Shown piece after piece: positions 39,406-53,454 of a stretch of DNA of 64,000 nt (within the stretch, counting starts at the first letter, position 1; each line of letters opens with the position of its first letter). The notes below the pieces were generated by a model, which was given only the letters and a program-made list of their open reading frames with translations, did no database searches and was not told the DNA's origin. The stretch is from Mobula hypostoma (Eukaryota): positions 101,496,001 to 101,560,000 of the forward strand of contig NC_086107.1 of the NCBI RefSeq assembly GCF_963921235.1. The letters are read 5' to 3'. A program made the translations under genes and the position numbers.

Positions 39406-40762
39406 TTTGGGAAGAGTTGTGGGAAGAGTTCAGTGACGGGGCGAGTGAAACTGAGTGAAGTTATCCCCACTGGCTCACGAGTATGATGGTTAAGGGTGAT
39501 AACCCTTACCCTTACCCTGAACCTGGTGGGTCCTGAGGCGCTGTATCGCCTTCCTGATGGAAACCTGAATGGCTCAAGGAAATCACCTTCCTGTCCCCTC
39601 AACCCCACTGAAGATTGGATCATTTCAGTCAATCTCAGCACAGCCCGAGCCATTCAGGAACTTACCAAGCCAGTATGTCAGTACTCAGATGCGGAGACCA
39701 TAACTGCAGACAGAATTCCATCAAACCCAACATAGTCTTCTCAGTGCCAGGAGACTCCGGGGGTATGGATAGTTACAGAGGGTATACCAGAGTAAGGACT
39801 ACTTCAGTTATGGGACACTATGATGAAACTCCAGTGCCTGACCAACATTTACCATGGGCAAAGATGTGCCTTCTAAAACCAAGGTCAGATCCATGGGATG
39901 GGGCAAGGATTGGGGAAAAGGAGGCAGCTCTGACTGCACGCTGGAGTCAGGTCACTGATCAGTTCAAGTCACTGACAAGAGCCGATCGGAGTTGGGATGT
40001 TAGCAGCATGATCAGGACTCTGGGAAATCAGGAGTCAGGTATTGGCAGGCTGGGATGATGGGCTTCCATCGTGGGTCCTGACTGATTCTGGGAGGCATGA
40101 GACAGTGAGCAATTTGCTGGAGGAACTCGGTGGGTTGAGCAGCATCTGTGGGGGAAAAGGAATTTGAGTTGAAACCCTGTATTGGGACTGAGAGTGGAGA
40201 GGGGGACTGCTGTGATACAGGAGCCAGAGCTGATTGGTGGGCTGAAGAGGGCAGATGGATCCATGTAGGGGAAGCATTTGGGAGTTGGGCACAGAGGCGA
40301 GCGGGTGATGGATGGAGGCAGGAAAAGAGGAAGACAGCCACAAGGTGGGAAGGGGAGGGTAAATGTGGTATCAGAGGTTACAGGCTGATTGCGATAAAGG
40401 TTATGCTGGAGGAAGGTGGGGGACGTGGGCTTTGGCTGAACGGAGACTTTGGGGTTGGGATCAATAGGTCACAGCTGATTTGAAAGTCTGCAGAGTTTGG
40501 ATGGACTGTGGTCAGGTGGGAGACTGGAATGGACTAATGTTTCATTGGGATTCGGTTATGGACAGTGTTGTGGGTGAATTTCTAAAAGATAATCCAGACG
40601 TTTAAGAGACTCGTAGATGGATGAAAGAAAAAATCGAGAGCAATGTGGGAGAGAAGTGTTAAATTGATCTTGGAGTAGGTTGAAAGATCAGCACAACATT
40701 GTGGGCCGAAAGGCCTGTACTGATCTACGTTCCATGTTCTATAACAGGAAATACAGGATCTG

Positions 40763-41322
40763 CAAACATGAGGAAATCTGCAGATGCTCGAATTTCAAGC
40801 AACACGCATAAAAGTTGCTGCTGAACGCAGCAGGCCAGGCGGCATCTCTAGGAAGAGGTACAGTCAACATTTCTGGCCAAGACCCTTCGTCAGGACTAAC
40901 TGAAAGAAGAGCTAATAAGAGATTTGAAAGTGGAAGGGGGAGGGGGAGATCCAAAATGATAGGAGAAGACAGGAGGGGGAGGGATGGAGCCAAGAGCTGG
41001 ACAGGTGATTGGCAAAAGGGATATGAGAGGATCATGGGACAGGAGGCCAAGGGAGAAAGAAAAGGGGGATGCGGGGGGAAAACCCAAAAGATGGGCAAGA
41101 GATATATTCAGAGGGACACAGGGAGAAAAAGGAGAGTGAGAGAAAGAATGTGTGTATATAAATAAATAACTGATGGGGTACGAGGGGGAGGTGGGGCATT
41201 AGCAGAAGTTAGAGAAGTCAACGTTCATGCCATCAGGTTGGAGGCTACCCAGACGGAATATAAGGTGTTGTTCCTCCAGCCCGAGTGTGGCTTCATCTTT
41301 ACAGTAGAGGAGGCCATGGATA
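40763..41322 (-). mobile_element. Penelope-like element 3' part in the GALR intron
   Basis: Same family as 32990 and 59520; decayed hammerhead at 40861-40898. Confidence 0.9.
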
Positions 41323-43858
41323 CTGGATCGGACAAGGTTAGGGTCCCAGTCCAACACTGAACGTGAAGATTCAGTGGTGCTGGAACAAAGCTCCACATTC
41401 CTGGGGCAACTTGATCTCATACCCTTTGACATCCACCTGGAAGAGAAACACAACCAGGCGTACCCCGCAAGCTTTCAGAATGGCATGATTCACCCCTGGG
41501 ATTTTGCTGACCATGTTCCACCCTGGAAGTAATAGATGTTCAGAAGACAGGTACTGAGAAAATACTCGAATTTCTTGCGAACACGAGGGAGACTGCAGAT
41601 GCTGGAAATCCAAAGCCACACACACAAAATGCCAGAGGAACTCAGCAGACCAAGCAGCATCTGTGGAAAAAAATGAAGTGTCTCAGCCCGAAACTTCAAC
41701 TGTTTACCCTTTCCCATAGTTGCTGCCTGGCCTGCTGAGTTCCTCCAGCGTTTTGTGTGCGTTGCTTCGAATTTCTCTTACCCCAGTTCCCTGCAGGGAA
41801 GACAAACATGCCGTCTGCCTTCATTAGTTACCGTGACCGCTTGTTAGCGCTCTGTGCCTCATCAGTCGATTCACTTCACAATATTCCTCCTCAGCATCAG
41901 CATTTAAAATATTTGTTTTTCCCAAATCCTTGCTACCAAGGTGCATCATCCCACGTTTTCCACATTATGCACCATCTGCTACCTTGTTTTGCCACCTAAC
42001 TTCTTCATATCTTTTTGTAGATGTTTTGAGACCTTCTCACAGATCAGTCCCCCACCCAGCTCTGATGGCCCTCAATATGTTACGCTCAATGTTATTGAGG
42101 AGGGCCCTGAAGTAATGTGTGTGGCAGCCCCTCAGTGAAATATAGCTAACCCAGACAGCAACCGAATTATTCTTGTGCTGCTCCTGTGCTTAACGCTGGT
42201 CATCTGCCAGCACTAACGTTAACCCTAACCAGGAAGCTTCTGTCTGGAAAATCTAGATTTATAAAGTCCACTGCCTTTCAGACCTCTCATCTGTGGAATA
42301 GGAATGGGAAATTGAATCGAAATGGGTGGCCACTGTGAAATCCCGTCTTCCGCATGGCAGACGGAGTAAAGGTGCTGAGGGATGACAGCCCAAAACGTTC
42401 GCTGATTTATTTCCCTCTATAGATGCTGCCTGAGCTGTTGAGTTCCTCCAGCTTTTTGTGTGTGTCGCCCAAAGTAAGTTCTCATCCTTTTAAAGACTGT
42501 CCGCAGTTTATATATATAAGGAGACGGTAATTTCTCTCTGGACCACAGATAGCGATTCTTTGTTCATACTGATCATCTCACAAAGGTGAAAGATGACAGA
42601 CAAAATCCGGTTTGATTGTCATATCATCTGACAGCCTCAAGAATTCCCAACAGAGATGCAATTATTGGTAATTTTGTTCTGAGTGATTATATTTGCTCAG
42701 AATATAGCAGATAAATTAGCATTATTAATGCATCTGTAATCCATGAGAATCTTCACAGAGAAACTGCTCAGCTGTAACACTCCAGATAATTGGTAAAAGG
42801 GCGCAGACAATGAGATGTGGTTTTTTATAATGCAGCATATTCTTGTAGCCCGCAGTGCACTGTCTGAATAGGGAGGTGGGTGTAGTGATGTGCATAGGGA
42901 ACATTTGAAGGAGCAAGGTGGGGATTTACAGAGAAAGTGTGAGGATGTAGTCTAAATTCAAATGGTTTTTCCATGGGCCAGAGCTGGCTGGGTCAGCCAA
43001 ATGGATTCTTTCCCCAATTCCAACAGGATTTCAATCCAAAGTTCAAAGTAAATTTATTATCAAAATGCTTATATGTCGCCATATTATACTTCCTAAAATT
43101 CACTTTCCAGCAGACATTCACAAAGAGCGAAGAAATACAATAGAATCAATGAAGAACTACCACAAAGACTGACAAAAAAAAAAATCAATGTCATCCTGTT
43201 CCGGAGAGAAAACCTTAAAGGCTTTGGCTTCCGTGTTGGATGTCTTACTTCTTTTATCCCCCTCAGGGTTTTCTTAGAGGGAGCAAACTGTGCCGCAGGT
43301 GGTGTTGCCAGCACTCTATTCTACCCACTCTACTCCTACAGCAAAGCATCAAATCTTGAACACTGAAACAGGCTGCTTGGCCCAATGTCGCAGCGCCTAA
43401 AGCAGGCAGTATCTATCATTAAGGGTCTCCAGCATCCGGGGAAAGCTCTCTTCTTGCTGCTAACGCTGGGCAGGAGGTGGGGAAGCCAGAAGTCCAATGC
43501 CAGCAGGTTCGGGAACAGCCTACAACAATCGGCCTCTTGGACTGACCTGCACAACCTCAACCCAAGCTCAGCGAGGGCACACCTCAGACTACCTCTTGCA
43601 CTACGGGGGACTTGTCTCTGTTTGTGTTTTTTTTTTGCACTAATATCTTGTTTAGCACAGTCCCTTTCTTCCCTGTCTTGAAATAATTTAATGCACAATT
43701 TATTTTCTGGGTATAATCCGTACTTACGTGCCTGTTTCTTTTCTGGGTGTCGTCTGCACCTACGTGCCTGGTTACCTCGTGACCGCGGATTCCTCGATCG
43801 CCCAACCTGACTACCGTTCCCACAAATGAAATGCGAACGGGCTTGTGAATGGGCTTAC

Positions 43859-44205
43859 CTGTCCACGGATACCGCAGCCAGAATGAAGCCGCTGGCGTAC
43901 ATAGTGAGGTAGATGAAAAAATGCACTGCTTTGCACATGAAGGAGCCAAAGAGCCACCCATCCAGTGTGTAGATGGTGGCTTGAAAGGGGACACAGAAAA
44001 TGATAAAGAAGAGATCGGCAACGCTGAGGTTTAAGATGAAGAGATTGGTTGTACTGGAACTCATCTGCCCATTCCTCAGTAACACTGCCAGGACGAGACC
44101 ATTCCCTACTGTTCCGAGAAGGAATATCAGTGAAAAGATGACCGGAACTATAATACGGCCGAGTCTAAAATCCGGATTTTCCGAGACCTTCCACTCATCT
44201 GCCAT
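43859..44205 (-). CDS. GALR3: Galanin/spexin receptor (GALR2/GALR3 clade, best GALR3), coding exon 1 (N-term to end of TM3)
   Basis: [11 protein letters not shown]...[10 protein letters not shown]...[13 protein letters not shown]...[17 protein letters not shown]...[13 protein letters not shown]...AAVSVDR. ATG in good Kozak context (gcaacATGG). Donor AG|GTAAGC at 43859/43858. Family call is high confidence; GALR3 versus GALR2b is about 0.7. Confidence 0.95.
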
Positions 44206-44247
44206 GTTGCTGGTTGAAGGCTTTAAATAAGGAAAGGCTGATGAAGT

Positions 44248-44265
44248 CCTGTAAAAAAAGATACA
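44248..44265 (-). promoter_or_regulatory. Probable splice acceptor upstream of the GALR start codon (5'UTR intron)
   Basis: Minus strand has a T-run followed by ACAG|gac, 43 nt upstream of the ATG. Confidence 0.55.
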
Positions 44266-47200
44266 ACGTTGGAATTAAAATCGACAATGACAACCAGCTT
44301 GATCATAATCATTGCTTTCTAGTGCCTTCTCAGGTCCAAGTTCAAGTTTATTGCTGTCATAGGCATGCAAACGCAGGGTATAAATGCCATAAAATTAGCA
44401 TTTTTTTTGTGGCAGCAGCACAGTACATTATAAGCAACACACACACACAAACTGCTGGAGGAACTCAGCGTGTCAGGAAAAGAGTGAACAGTCGACTTTT
44501 CAGGCCGAGACTCTTCATGCTGCCTGGCCTGCTGAGCTCTTCCAACATTTCGTGTGCGTTGCTTTGGATTTCCAGATTCTGAGGATTTTCTCGTGTTTGT
44601 GGCAGTACATTATAAGTTTGGTTTGAAAGATAAAGACTGCCAACGCCCAAGTCAGTAAATTCACCCTGTTAGAGAACCACAGAGATTAGTGGGTTTTGTC
44701 AGTCCAGCTGACGTCCAGATGGGACAGATCCAGAACTGACCTCCAGGCTTTCCTTGTCCAGTCCTTACTGGAAAAGGTGCAGGCATCTGAAAGATCCTTG
44801 TAGGGATAATATTGGACTCAGTCATGACATTTCTCACAGATGTAGCCTTGTAAAGCTTATTTCATGGCCACTGACAAATTGTTGAAACCAAGAACAATTT
44901 ACTAACACCCAGAAGAGCAGAGCAATTGAAAATAGGAGACAATAAAGCTGCCTCCTGCATGACGTGACGGCACCCATTTATTGCCTTTTCACATTATTAA
45001 AACATTTCTATGTCATGGTTTCTTTTGAAAGGCTACAGGAAATATAAGGCTTGATGCTTTTGTCAAGGAGTAATTTCCAGCATCCAGCAGCAGACAGTGA
45101 GCACAAAAGTCTTGTGTATGTTATACAAAAGAGATTAATTGTGCAGTGATTTTAATTTGGACAACAAATTAAAATCCAACTGCTTTAGAGGGCATTTGAC
45201 TACATTCTCCCCCTGCTGAATGTTTTTACCAGACAGCAGCCTTTACCCTCTCTCTAAACTAGCAATGTTTCATCAGTTCTTAACAGTTCTACATCATAAC
45301 ATGTGTTCGAGGGCAAGTCCAGAGTGCACTGGACTTCCAGCTTTAATCTGATCATCTCAGCAAATGAACTTCAGCAGCGGGTGTGCGCAGGCTGGAGACT
45401 TGGTCCTCGGTTTCAGCCAACCTCTCGCATCAGGGTCTCCAGTTATTCTGCTGAGGGCATAATCACACATAATAGCGGAAAAAGAAGCATCTCCGTGACA
45501 ATCAGACTGCAAAAATTCAGCTGCTATATGTACATCTACATATAAAATAAAGCTAAGAAAGCTGTCATTACTAATAAATGAATAAACTATAGCGAGGAAC
45601 ATTTTTGTACTCAGTTGAAGTATATTAACTATTCAATTTCACATGTAATTTCTCTCACTGCCTGATCTCTCCACAATCCTGTCATTAACCATTGATACTA
45701 CAAACAGTGATTGACTTCTGTACATCTATCTATGATTTGATTTCCTAGCTACTATATACTGTATGTGGCTCTATCTACCTTTACATTTTTTGTAACTGAG
45801 TGCCCTATCGGTCCTTGCTTTGATCTTTAAAATACCAACAACCTATTCAAATTTTTTTTCTATTTCTCCATATTCTTGCACACATAAGTACCTGCCATGC
45901 TGTGTTAATCCCAGATGTTATGTAGATTTTCAAACACACATATATTGATGCAGAATTATGTAATTCCTGCTGCATTTATTGACAAATACTTATGGATATG
46001 TCCATATAGATACAAATACGTAGAGAAAAAGAAGATAGGTGTCAATTTTTACACATACATATACATAGAGATGCACTAATTTACGCAGATTTTAATTGTA
46101 CACAAACATGTTCCCATGGTTATATACTAAAATATGCATTGATAGTTTTAAAAATACACAATAAACAGAAACAAAATCAATTATGTAAATTAATTTCAAT
46201 ACTAAATATGAATGAAGATTAGTTAAGAAAACCACCATGCATAATAATAATCACAATGGGAATGACAGTCTCAAATTCCACTTATCTTCAGAAGGTGCTT
46301 GCCACACGATTAGAATTCACTCAGACAACACTCTGCAAGTTACACTGAATCCCCACGAAACAGCCTTTTAAAAGCAACAAGCTTCCACCTCTCTTAGCAT
46401 CCCCACACCTATCTCACCCTTTAATTTACTGAATAGTGTGTGTCGTCTGTCCAGTATAAACCTTGTTGTTCTGACATACCGGTGGAGCAAGAGCTAGTCG
46501 TCTCTCTCAGTGGGACCACATATTAACAACTGAAAGGAGGTGTATTCTTCCTTCGTTCACACTGATCCTGTGATTTAAAGCAGAGAGCACTGGATCAGGA
46601 CTCTGGTAAAATAGAAAGCAAATTGAATTAACCCTTTCACTGGCCCGTACCCTTACATTACTGAAAGCCTTCTCTGTTATGCCAAGACTCAATTTTTGTA
46701 TTGTTCTTTTAAAACGTACAATGAATCTGTCCCTTTTGAGAAGGTGGGTGACTAATTTGCCTCAGATTTCATTTGGAACTGATTTTAGCTCAAACCTAAT
46801 TGAATATTGAATTACATCCCTTCCTCCAACGGTGCTCGACCTGTTTTCTGTGATGAACAACGGTTGAAGTCGAAATTTGCTTGTGTAAGGTAATTTTTCG
46901 TATCGGAATCACATTCAATGACCTTCAGAAACCTGGATTTGAATAAACTCTCGACGTGGAAGCTGTAACGATGTAACAGTGGAAGATTGTTACACACAAT
47001 GCTTCAATCCGACCCACTCATGTTGTTACTGACTCTGATTATGCGAGATCACCATCCTTCCGAACCATAACAGCTCATCAGACAAAATCAATATTGCTTT
47101 CCACATCCCTCAGACCCTCTTGACACTAGAAGCAGTTATACACCATCAAAACCTGCCCTGATTTTGAGAAGCTCGATTAAATCTCACAGTACAATTTGTA

Positions 47201-49057
47201 TCCTTCTCTGCTTAAGCACATCCCAGTTTTTCCAATTGCCAGCTCAAGCCTCTACCTGGCGATCTGCTCTGCAAATCCCCCTCCCTCACCTGCACAGAGA
47301 TTCTTCAGCATACAAGGTACCCAGAGCACTACAGATGAGATCCCACACAAAGGTTTAGCTAAACTTCTTGACTCTTGGACGCTATGTTGGGAGGTGAAGT
47401 GGTAAATTTTATTCCCTACGGGATTAGGAGGTGGAGGGGAGCTGACAGGGGATTAAGCACATTAAAATGAGAAACTCAGCTCTAGCTTGTCAATGACGTA
47501 CCCATTTCCAAGTTCAGCAGAGATAAACTGACTGAATCCAGTTTACCAGTTCTTGAGGGGGCAGCTCTGATTTCACCATTACATATCCAGAGCTCAGGAA
47601 ACCTGCATCTGAAGGAAGACAGGGACTGTTTGCACAGCCGGTAAACACATTTCCAGAATAACTTGTGGACCCAGTACCCCCTCACCCATCAAAATAACCA
47701 GCCATAATCGGATCCTGTCTGTGCACTTGAACAGACTCACTGCAAACTCCAGCCCTGCTGATATCTCACTGCAATGTCTTCCACAATCTCTCTCTGCATT
47801 CACTGCCCCCCAGCCTCTTCCCTAGTGACTCTCCCCACCACCACCTCTGCCCTGACGTCTCTCCCCTGTGATCCCAATCCACAAAATCTCAACACAATCT
47901 CAACCTTAATCCCATCATCTCCTTCCCTGTCTCTCCCACTGACCTCTCCAGAAATTGCTACCCCCAGGAACCTCTTACTTCCCACGTCACTTCCCAATAA
48001 GGTTCCATTTTCCACCACCTTTCCTTATTTCCTTCGTCCATATTTCATATCTTCTCACAAATTTGGAGGAGATCAGAACATCAGGAAGAAGTCCACACGT
48101 CACAAGGAAAACATAAAATTCTTATAAAAGATGCCTCAGGAGTACAAGATTGAATCCAGGATGCTGGGTTGTGAACCAGCATAGTGACTGCTGTGTCACT
48201 GACTGGCCATTAGGTGGTTGTGGCTGTAACAAAGGTCATCATCTGTCATGAACTAATACTACCTCCCAGTTAAGTGAATATGATAAACTTTGCTGTCAAA
48301 GACCTCATTCAGCCTTTCACTGATAATGAAATCCAACCCTGTAGCCCCCTGTGATCTCTGTGCTCCTTCACTTCTAACCTGCTGATCATCCCAACAGAGG
48401 TTATTCCACAGCTGCTTACCCTGCCTTTGACTGACCAGCACCGGCACTCTATATTTCCTTCTTAAGCTACTCTGCCTCTTTACTTCTCTCTCACTCTACA
48501 GCATTGTTTAAAACACATCTATGATCAACCTTTTTGTCGTTTGCCTGAACATATTTTTTATGTAGCATTGTGTTAAATGATATTTGAATACCACCCCCCC
48601 CCATGTGACACTGTGGAAAATTTTACTAATTTATAGGTGCCATATATATTTGTTGTTTTTCTGTGTGAACATCTCTCTCCGTTCTTGCATTCCCTTTAAA
48701 TTTTACTATTTACAATCCTTCCTTCCAAAAGACGTCATTTTGCATTATTTTGTATTAAATTATCATTGATTGGTCCATTTTGGGCTTCATTCCCTCAAAG
48801 TCTCTTCATTTTTTAAAACCACATTATTGAATCTATGGCAACTAGGGAAATTAAATTCAAGTAATTAAAGGAAAAGTTTTTGTCACAGATTTGTAAAACT
48901 ATCTGCTTCTTTAATTGTCCTCAGTGAAAGGAAATCATCTTCAGTCTGGCCTGCATGTGAGTCTGGATGGTTGTTAACTGCTTCCTCAGTTCAGGGGTTG
49001 GACATCTGTCACAGGTATTCCCAGTCATGTGAATTAATATATTCATAAAATGGAGGT

Positions 49058-49810
49058 ACTGCCACACCTGTCCTACACCTCCTGCATCACTACCATTCAG
49101 GGTCCAAGCAGTCCTTCCAAGTGAGGCAACACTTCACCTGCGAGTCTGTTGGGGTCATCTATTGTATCTGGTGCTCCAGGTGTGGCCTCCTGTATATTGG
49201 TGTGACCCGATGTAGACTGGGAGACCATTTCACCAAGCACCCACCCTCCGTCTGCCAGAAAAAAAGCCTGATTTCCCAGCGCCCATTCATTTCAATCCTA
49301 CTTCCCATTCCTACATGTCAGTCCATGGCCTCTTCTGCTGCCGTGATGAGGCTGCATTCAGGTTGGAGAAACAACACCTTATATTCTGAGTAGCCTCCAA
49401 CATGATGGCACCAATATCAAATTTCCAGAAATTGTGCCCCCCCCCCTTCACCATTCCCCATTCCCATTTTCCTCTTTCACCTTATCTCCTTACCTGCCCA
49501 TCACCTTCCTCAGGTGCTCCTCCTTCTTCCCTTTCTTCCATGGTCTTCCACCTTTTCCTGTTAGATTTCCCCTTCTCCAGCCCTTTATCTTTTTCACCTA
49601 TCAACTTCCCAGCTCTTTACTTCACCTCTCCTCCTCTCCTGGTTTCACCTATCACCTGCCACCTTGTACTTATTCCTCCCCTCCCCCCACCCTCTTACCC
49701 TGACTTCTCATCTTTTCCTCCAGTCCTGATGAAGGGTCTCGGCCCAAAATGTTGTCTGTTTACTCTTGTCCATTGATGCTGCCTGGGCTGCTGAACTCCT
49801 CCAGCATCTC
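49058..49810 (+). mobile_element. Older Penelope-like element (GIY-YIG plus terminus)
   Basis: QHFTCESVGVIYCIWCSRCGLLYIGVT; ctgatgaagggtctcggccc at 49726. Confidence 0.87.
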
Positions 49811-49994
49811 GAGTGTTTCTCCTTTTGGTAGTCACTTAGTCACTAATGTACAGGTTCGCCAGGGAAGATGATCCTGGATTGTTAAAAGAGGAACAGAGAA
49901 CACCTTTCAACCTCTGAGACTTCTACCATTCAATGGTTAAAAATCATCTGTATTTTAACCCTGTCCCCACTCCCAATCCACTTAGCCAATGTTG

Positions 49995-50340
49995 GGGCAA
50001 GTGAAGTTGAGTGAAGTTAATCCCACTGGTTCAAGAGCCTGATGATGGGGGGGGGGGGGGTAATAACTGTTCTTGAACCTGGTGGTGTGAGCTCAGAGGC
50101 TTCTGTACTTTCTTCCTGGTGGCAGCATTGAGAAGAGAACACGATCTGGGTAGTGAGGGGCCTTGATGATGGATGCTGCTTTCCTGTGACAGCGCTCCCT
50201 GTAGATGTGCTCAATAGAGGGACGGGCTTTACCCTTGATGGAATGGACCATATCCTCTACTTTATGTAGGCTTTTCCATTCAAGAGCAAAGTTGTGTCTA
50301 TACCAGGCTGTGATGCAACCAGTCAATATACTCTCCACTA
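49995..50340 (-). mobile_element. Rex1/Babar-like fragment
   Basis: VESILTGCITAWY...AASIIKAPHYP. Confidence 0.8.
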
Positions 50341-51364
50341 TGCTAACTTTGATGTTGAGTAGGAGAGACAGAGATGGGGCTCTGTCCTGATGAGACCCAG
50401 AATATTTAACCCTCATGCCCGTTTTACAAATATTCTTCTTCTATCGGTCTCCTGCCCAAAACAGACAATTATAAAATAGAGTTAGGGAGAGAAAATTGTT
50501 TAACTGGGTTGGGATGAAGGAACTTGTGACAAAATATTCAGGAATATATTCAGCATTAATTGTCGACTTTATTTTCTCTTTTTTTGTATTCAATAGCTGA
50601 CATGGTCATAGAATCTGCAATCATAGAGTCGTATTCATGCTATTTATGCTGACCATCAAGAACACAGAGATGGTGATTTGATACATCTGTAAAACACGTC
50701 ACAGCTCATTATTGGCTCCCCTTAATGATGCAGCACACTGGGTCACAATTCAGACTGCGATTCCAATTGGAAACAGCTCCAGTGAGTTAATTTCCCTTCT
50801 GCCTGAGGGAGAAGACCAGGACCATTTTTTATAATTGCCTCTGATTCAATTTTGTTCATCTCAAATCATTGAATTCTCTAATGTCCCAACTGCACTTCAG
50901 AGTAGGGCGATTATTACCCACAATGATGTCAATTAGGTGGCTTTTCCGAGTAAATGGGGCGGCACAGTGGTTAGCACAGTCGCTTTACAGTGCCAGTTAT
51001 CATCGATCGGAGTTCGATTCCCTTTGCTGACTGTAAGGAGTTCGTATGTTCTCCCTGAGGCCACATGGGTTTCCTCCAGGTGCCCTGGTTTTGTTCCACA
51101 TTCCAAAGATGTACAGTTAAGGTTAGTGAGTTGTGGGCATGCTATGTGGGAAGAATAGTGACACTTGTGGGCTGCCCCAGCACAATCCTCAGAATGAGCA
51201 CTGGTCATTGATGCAAAACGATGGATTTCACTGTATGTTTCGATGTACATGTGACAATTTTCTCTCTAGGAACAGCGGAGGCCTCAAATAATGAAACAGC
51301 TCTTACCCAGAAGTTTGGGGAACCGCTTTTGCATTAGTTTGAGGGGCTTCTCCACCCACGTGTT

Positions 51365-51590
51365 GGGCACGTGGCCAAGTGGTTAAGGCGTTCGTCTAGT
51401 GATCTGAAGGTCGCCAGTTCAAGCCTCAGCTGTGGCAGCGTGTTTGTGTCCTTGAGCAAGGCACTTAACCACACATTGCTCTAGTGTCTGTGTGAGGAGT
51501 GGCGCCCCACACAGACTTCCAATCTGCGCCTTGTAAGGCAGGAAAATGCCCGATGCAGGCCTCTTAAGGTCTGAGTCGATGTTCCCTTCC
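51365..51590 (+). mobile_element. tRNA-derived CORE-like SINE with intact A/B boxes
   Basis: gggcacgTGGCCAAGTGGttaagg...aGTTCAAGCC, then gtgtccttgagcaaggcacttaacc. Confidence 0.82.
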
Positions 51591-53454
51591 TCCACCCAAC
51601 TCAATCTCTTCATGTCCAGTAGCAGATGAACTCCAGACTGTGGTCCTTCCCCACAGGGTCTGCATTAGCCACGCTAAGCTTTAGTGCATCTTTCAGCACA
51701 CACTTCAGCAGCCTGGCCATTCCCAGTAGCATTATGGACATCTCACTGTGCTGGAGGATCAACAAGTTCTGGGCTAATTGAAGCACATCTTTCACCAAGT
51801 TGATGATCTTCTAGCAGTACCTGATGTTTTTTCAAGTCCACAGTTTGCAAAGAGGTGGTGACTGTCTCCTCCCCACCACAGTCATCATAAGGGCAGCATT
51901 AATTAGGGATGATGTTTGACTGTACAGGACATTAAAGGGTCTGACTCAGCAAAGCTGCAATTGGAGAGTTCAGCCTAAGCTGAGTCATGTACTTCAACTT
52001 TCCATGTCTTTTCAATTTCTCATTGTCACTGACTAACCCCATACCCCCACCATTCCGGCCTATGCCTCATGGTCTTGCACGTCATGCTTTGCATCACTAC
52101 CCAACCAAGTCTTTGGTATTCCTCAGAACCCCCCTCCCACCTATTCAAATCCTACAGGAATCCTCTTCCTAACCTCCAAACTCTGCAAGAATGGTATTTC
52201 CATTCTCTTACCATCACTTGTCATCTCAACCACGTCTACAACCTATTGTCCAACACTTGTCCTTCATGACCTCCACTCTGTGGTGATTGGAGTTTGTGGA
52301 AGAAGGGTCTTTGAGCAGGTTTACGTGCATGAGGCTAATGCAACACTTTGTCTCTTGTATGCAGTAATATAGTGGGGCCCTTATCGATATGGGCACGGAG
52401 ACCCCTTGCAGTCCTCCATCACTCTGAAGGATTTCCTGCTCCCCTGCTTCAGTTCCTCTTAATATATTCCATAATATTCCCAACCAACCACCACCACCGC
52501 CCCCCCAACTTACAATCACAAGGTCATAATTCAGATCTCTGTAGGTCTCAGCTTGGCATTTTTCTCTATGAAAAATCCCAACCAAAGTGGTTGAGACAAT
52601 GCAAAAGGAGATGGAGGACTTTACTTTTAAGGTGTGTTTACGATATGACTGCACACAAATTTGTTCATTGAGTCACAGAGCACATAACTAAAGATTAGCC
52701 TTATTTGACATGTGTACATTGGAACATCAAAATATACAGTGAAATGCATTGTCTGTGTCAACTGCCAATGAAGTCTGGAGATGTGTTGGGAGGAAGCACA
52801 CTATGCTTCTGGTGCCAACATAGTATGCTCACAACTCATTAACCCTAACTTGTACATCTTTGGATTGTGGGAGGAAAGCAGAGCACCTGGAGGAAATTTA
52901 TGCAGTCATGAGGAGAATGTACAAAGTAAGTCTTCTGGTCAACTTTGTCCATGTCAGCCATCTATCAATTCCCACTTTACTGGCACTTTGTCCATAGTCT
53001 TTTATGCCTTGATGATTCAAGTGCTCACTTTGATAGTTCTTAAATGTTGTGTTAGAACCTGCCTGCACCAATGTGAATTCCAGATTTCAGCTACCGTCTA
53101 AAAGAACAAATTCTTTCTCGGGTCCCCTTTAAACCTTTTTCCTTTCCTTAAAGCTACAGTATGTGCTGTATTTTTAGACATTTCTGTGTAATACAGAAAA
53201 TGCTACAACCAAATTGCAGATAATCAGATAATAATATCACAAAACAACATTATCTTTTCATGTTTTAGTGATTTTGTGTGGAGAAGAAGTGGCTGCTTTC
53301 TGTCCATTTTTCTCAAACTTGCCACGGGATCCTTTATGTTGATATGATCACAAAGTCAGGGACTGAATTTTTACGGTCAAACATCTGGAGTGGAACTTGA
53401 ATCTATATACCAGCTGGCAACAATTTCTCTTTGGCAGGTCCCTGTGTTAAACAC

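Noticed and set aside
51365..51440. tRNA-like sequence with A and B boxes
   Set aside because: No proper acceptor stem or T-run terminator; it continues into a SINE body with a second copy at 2433-2710.
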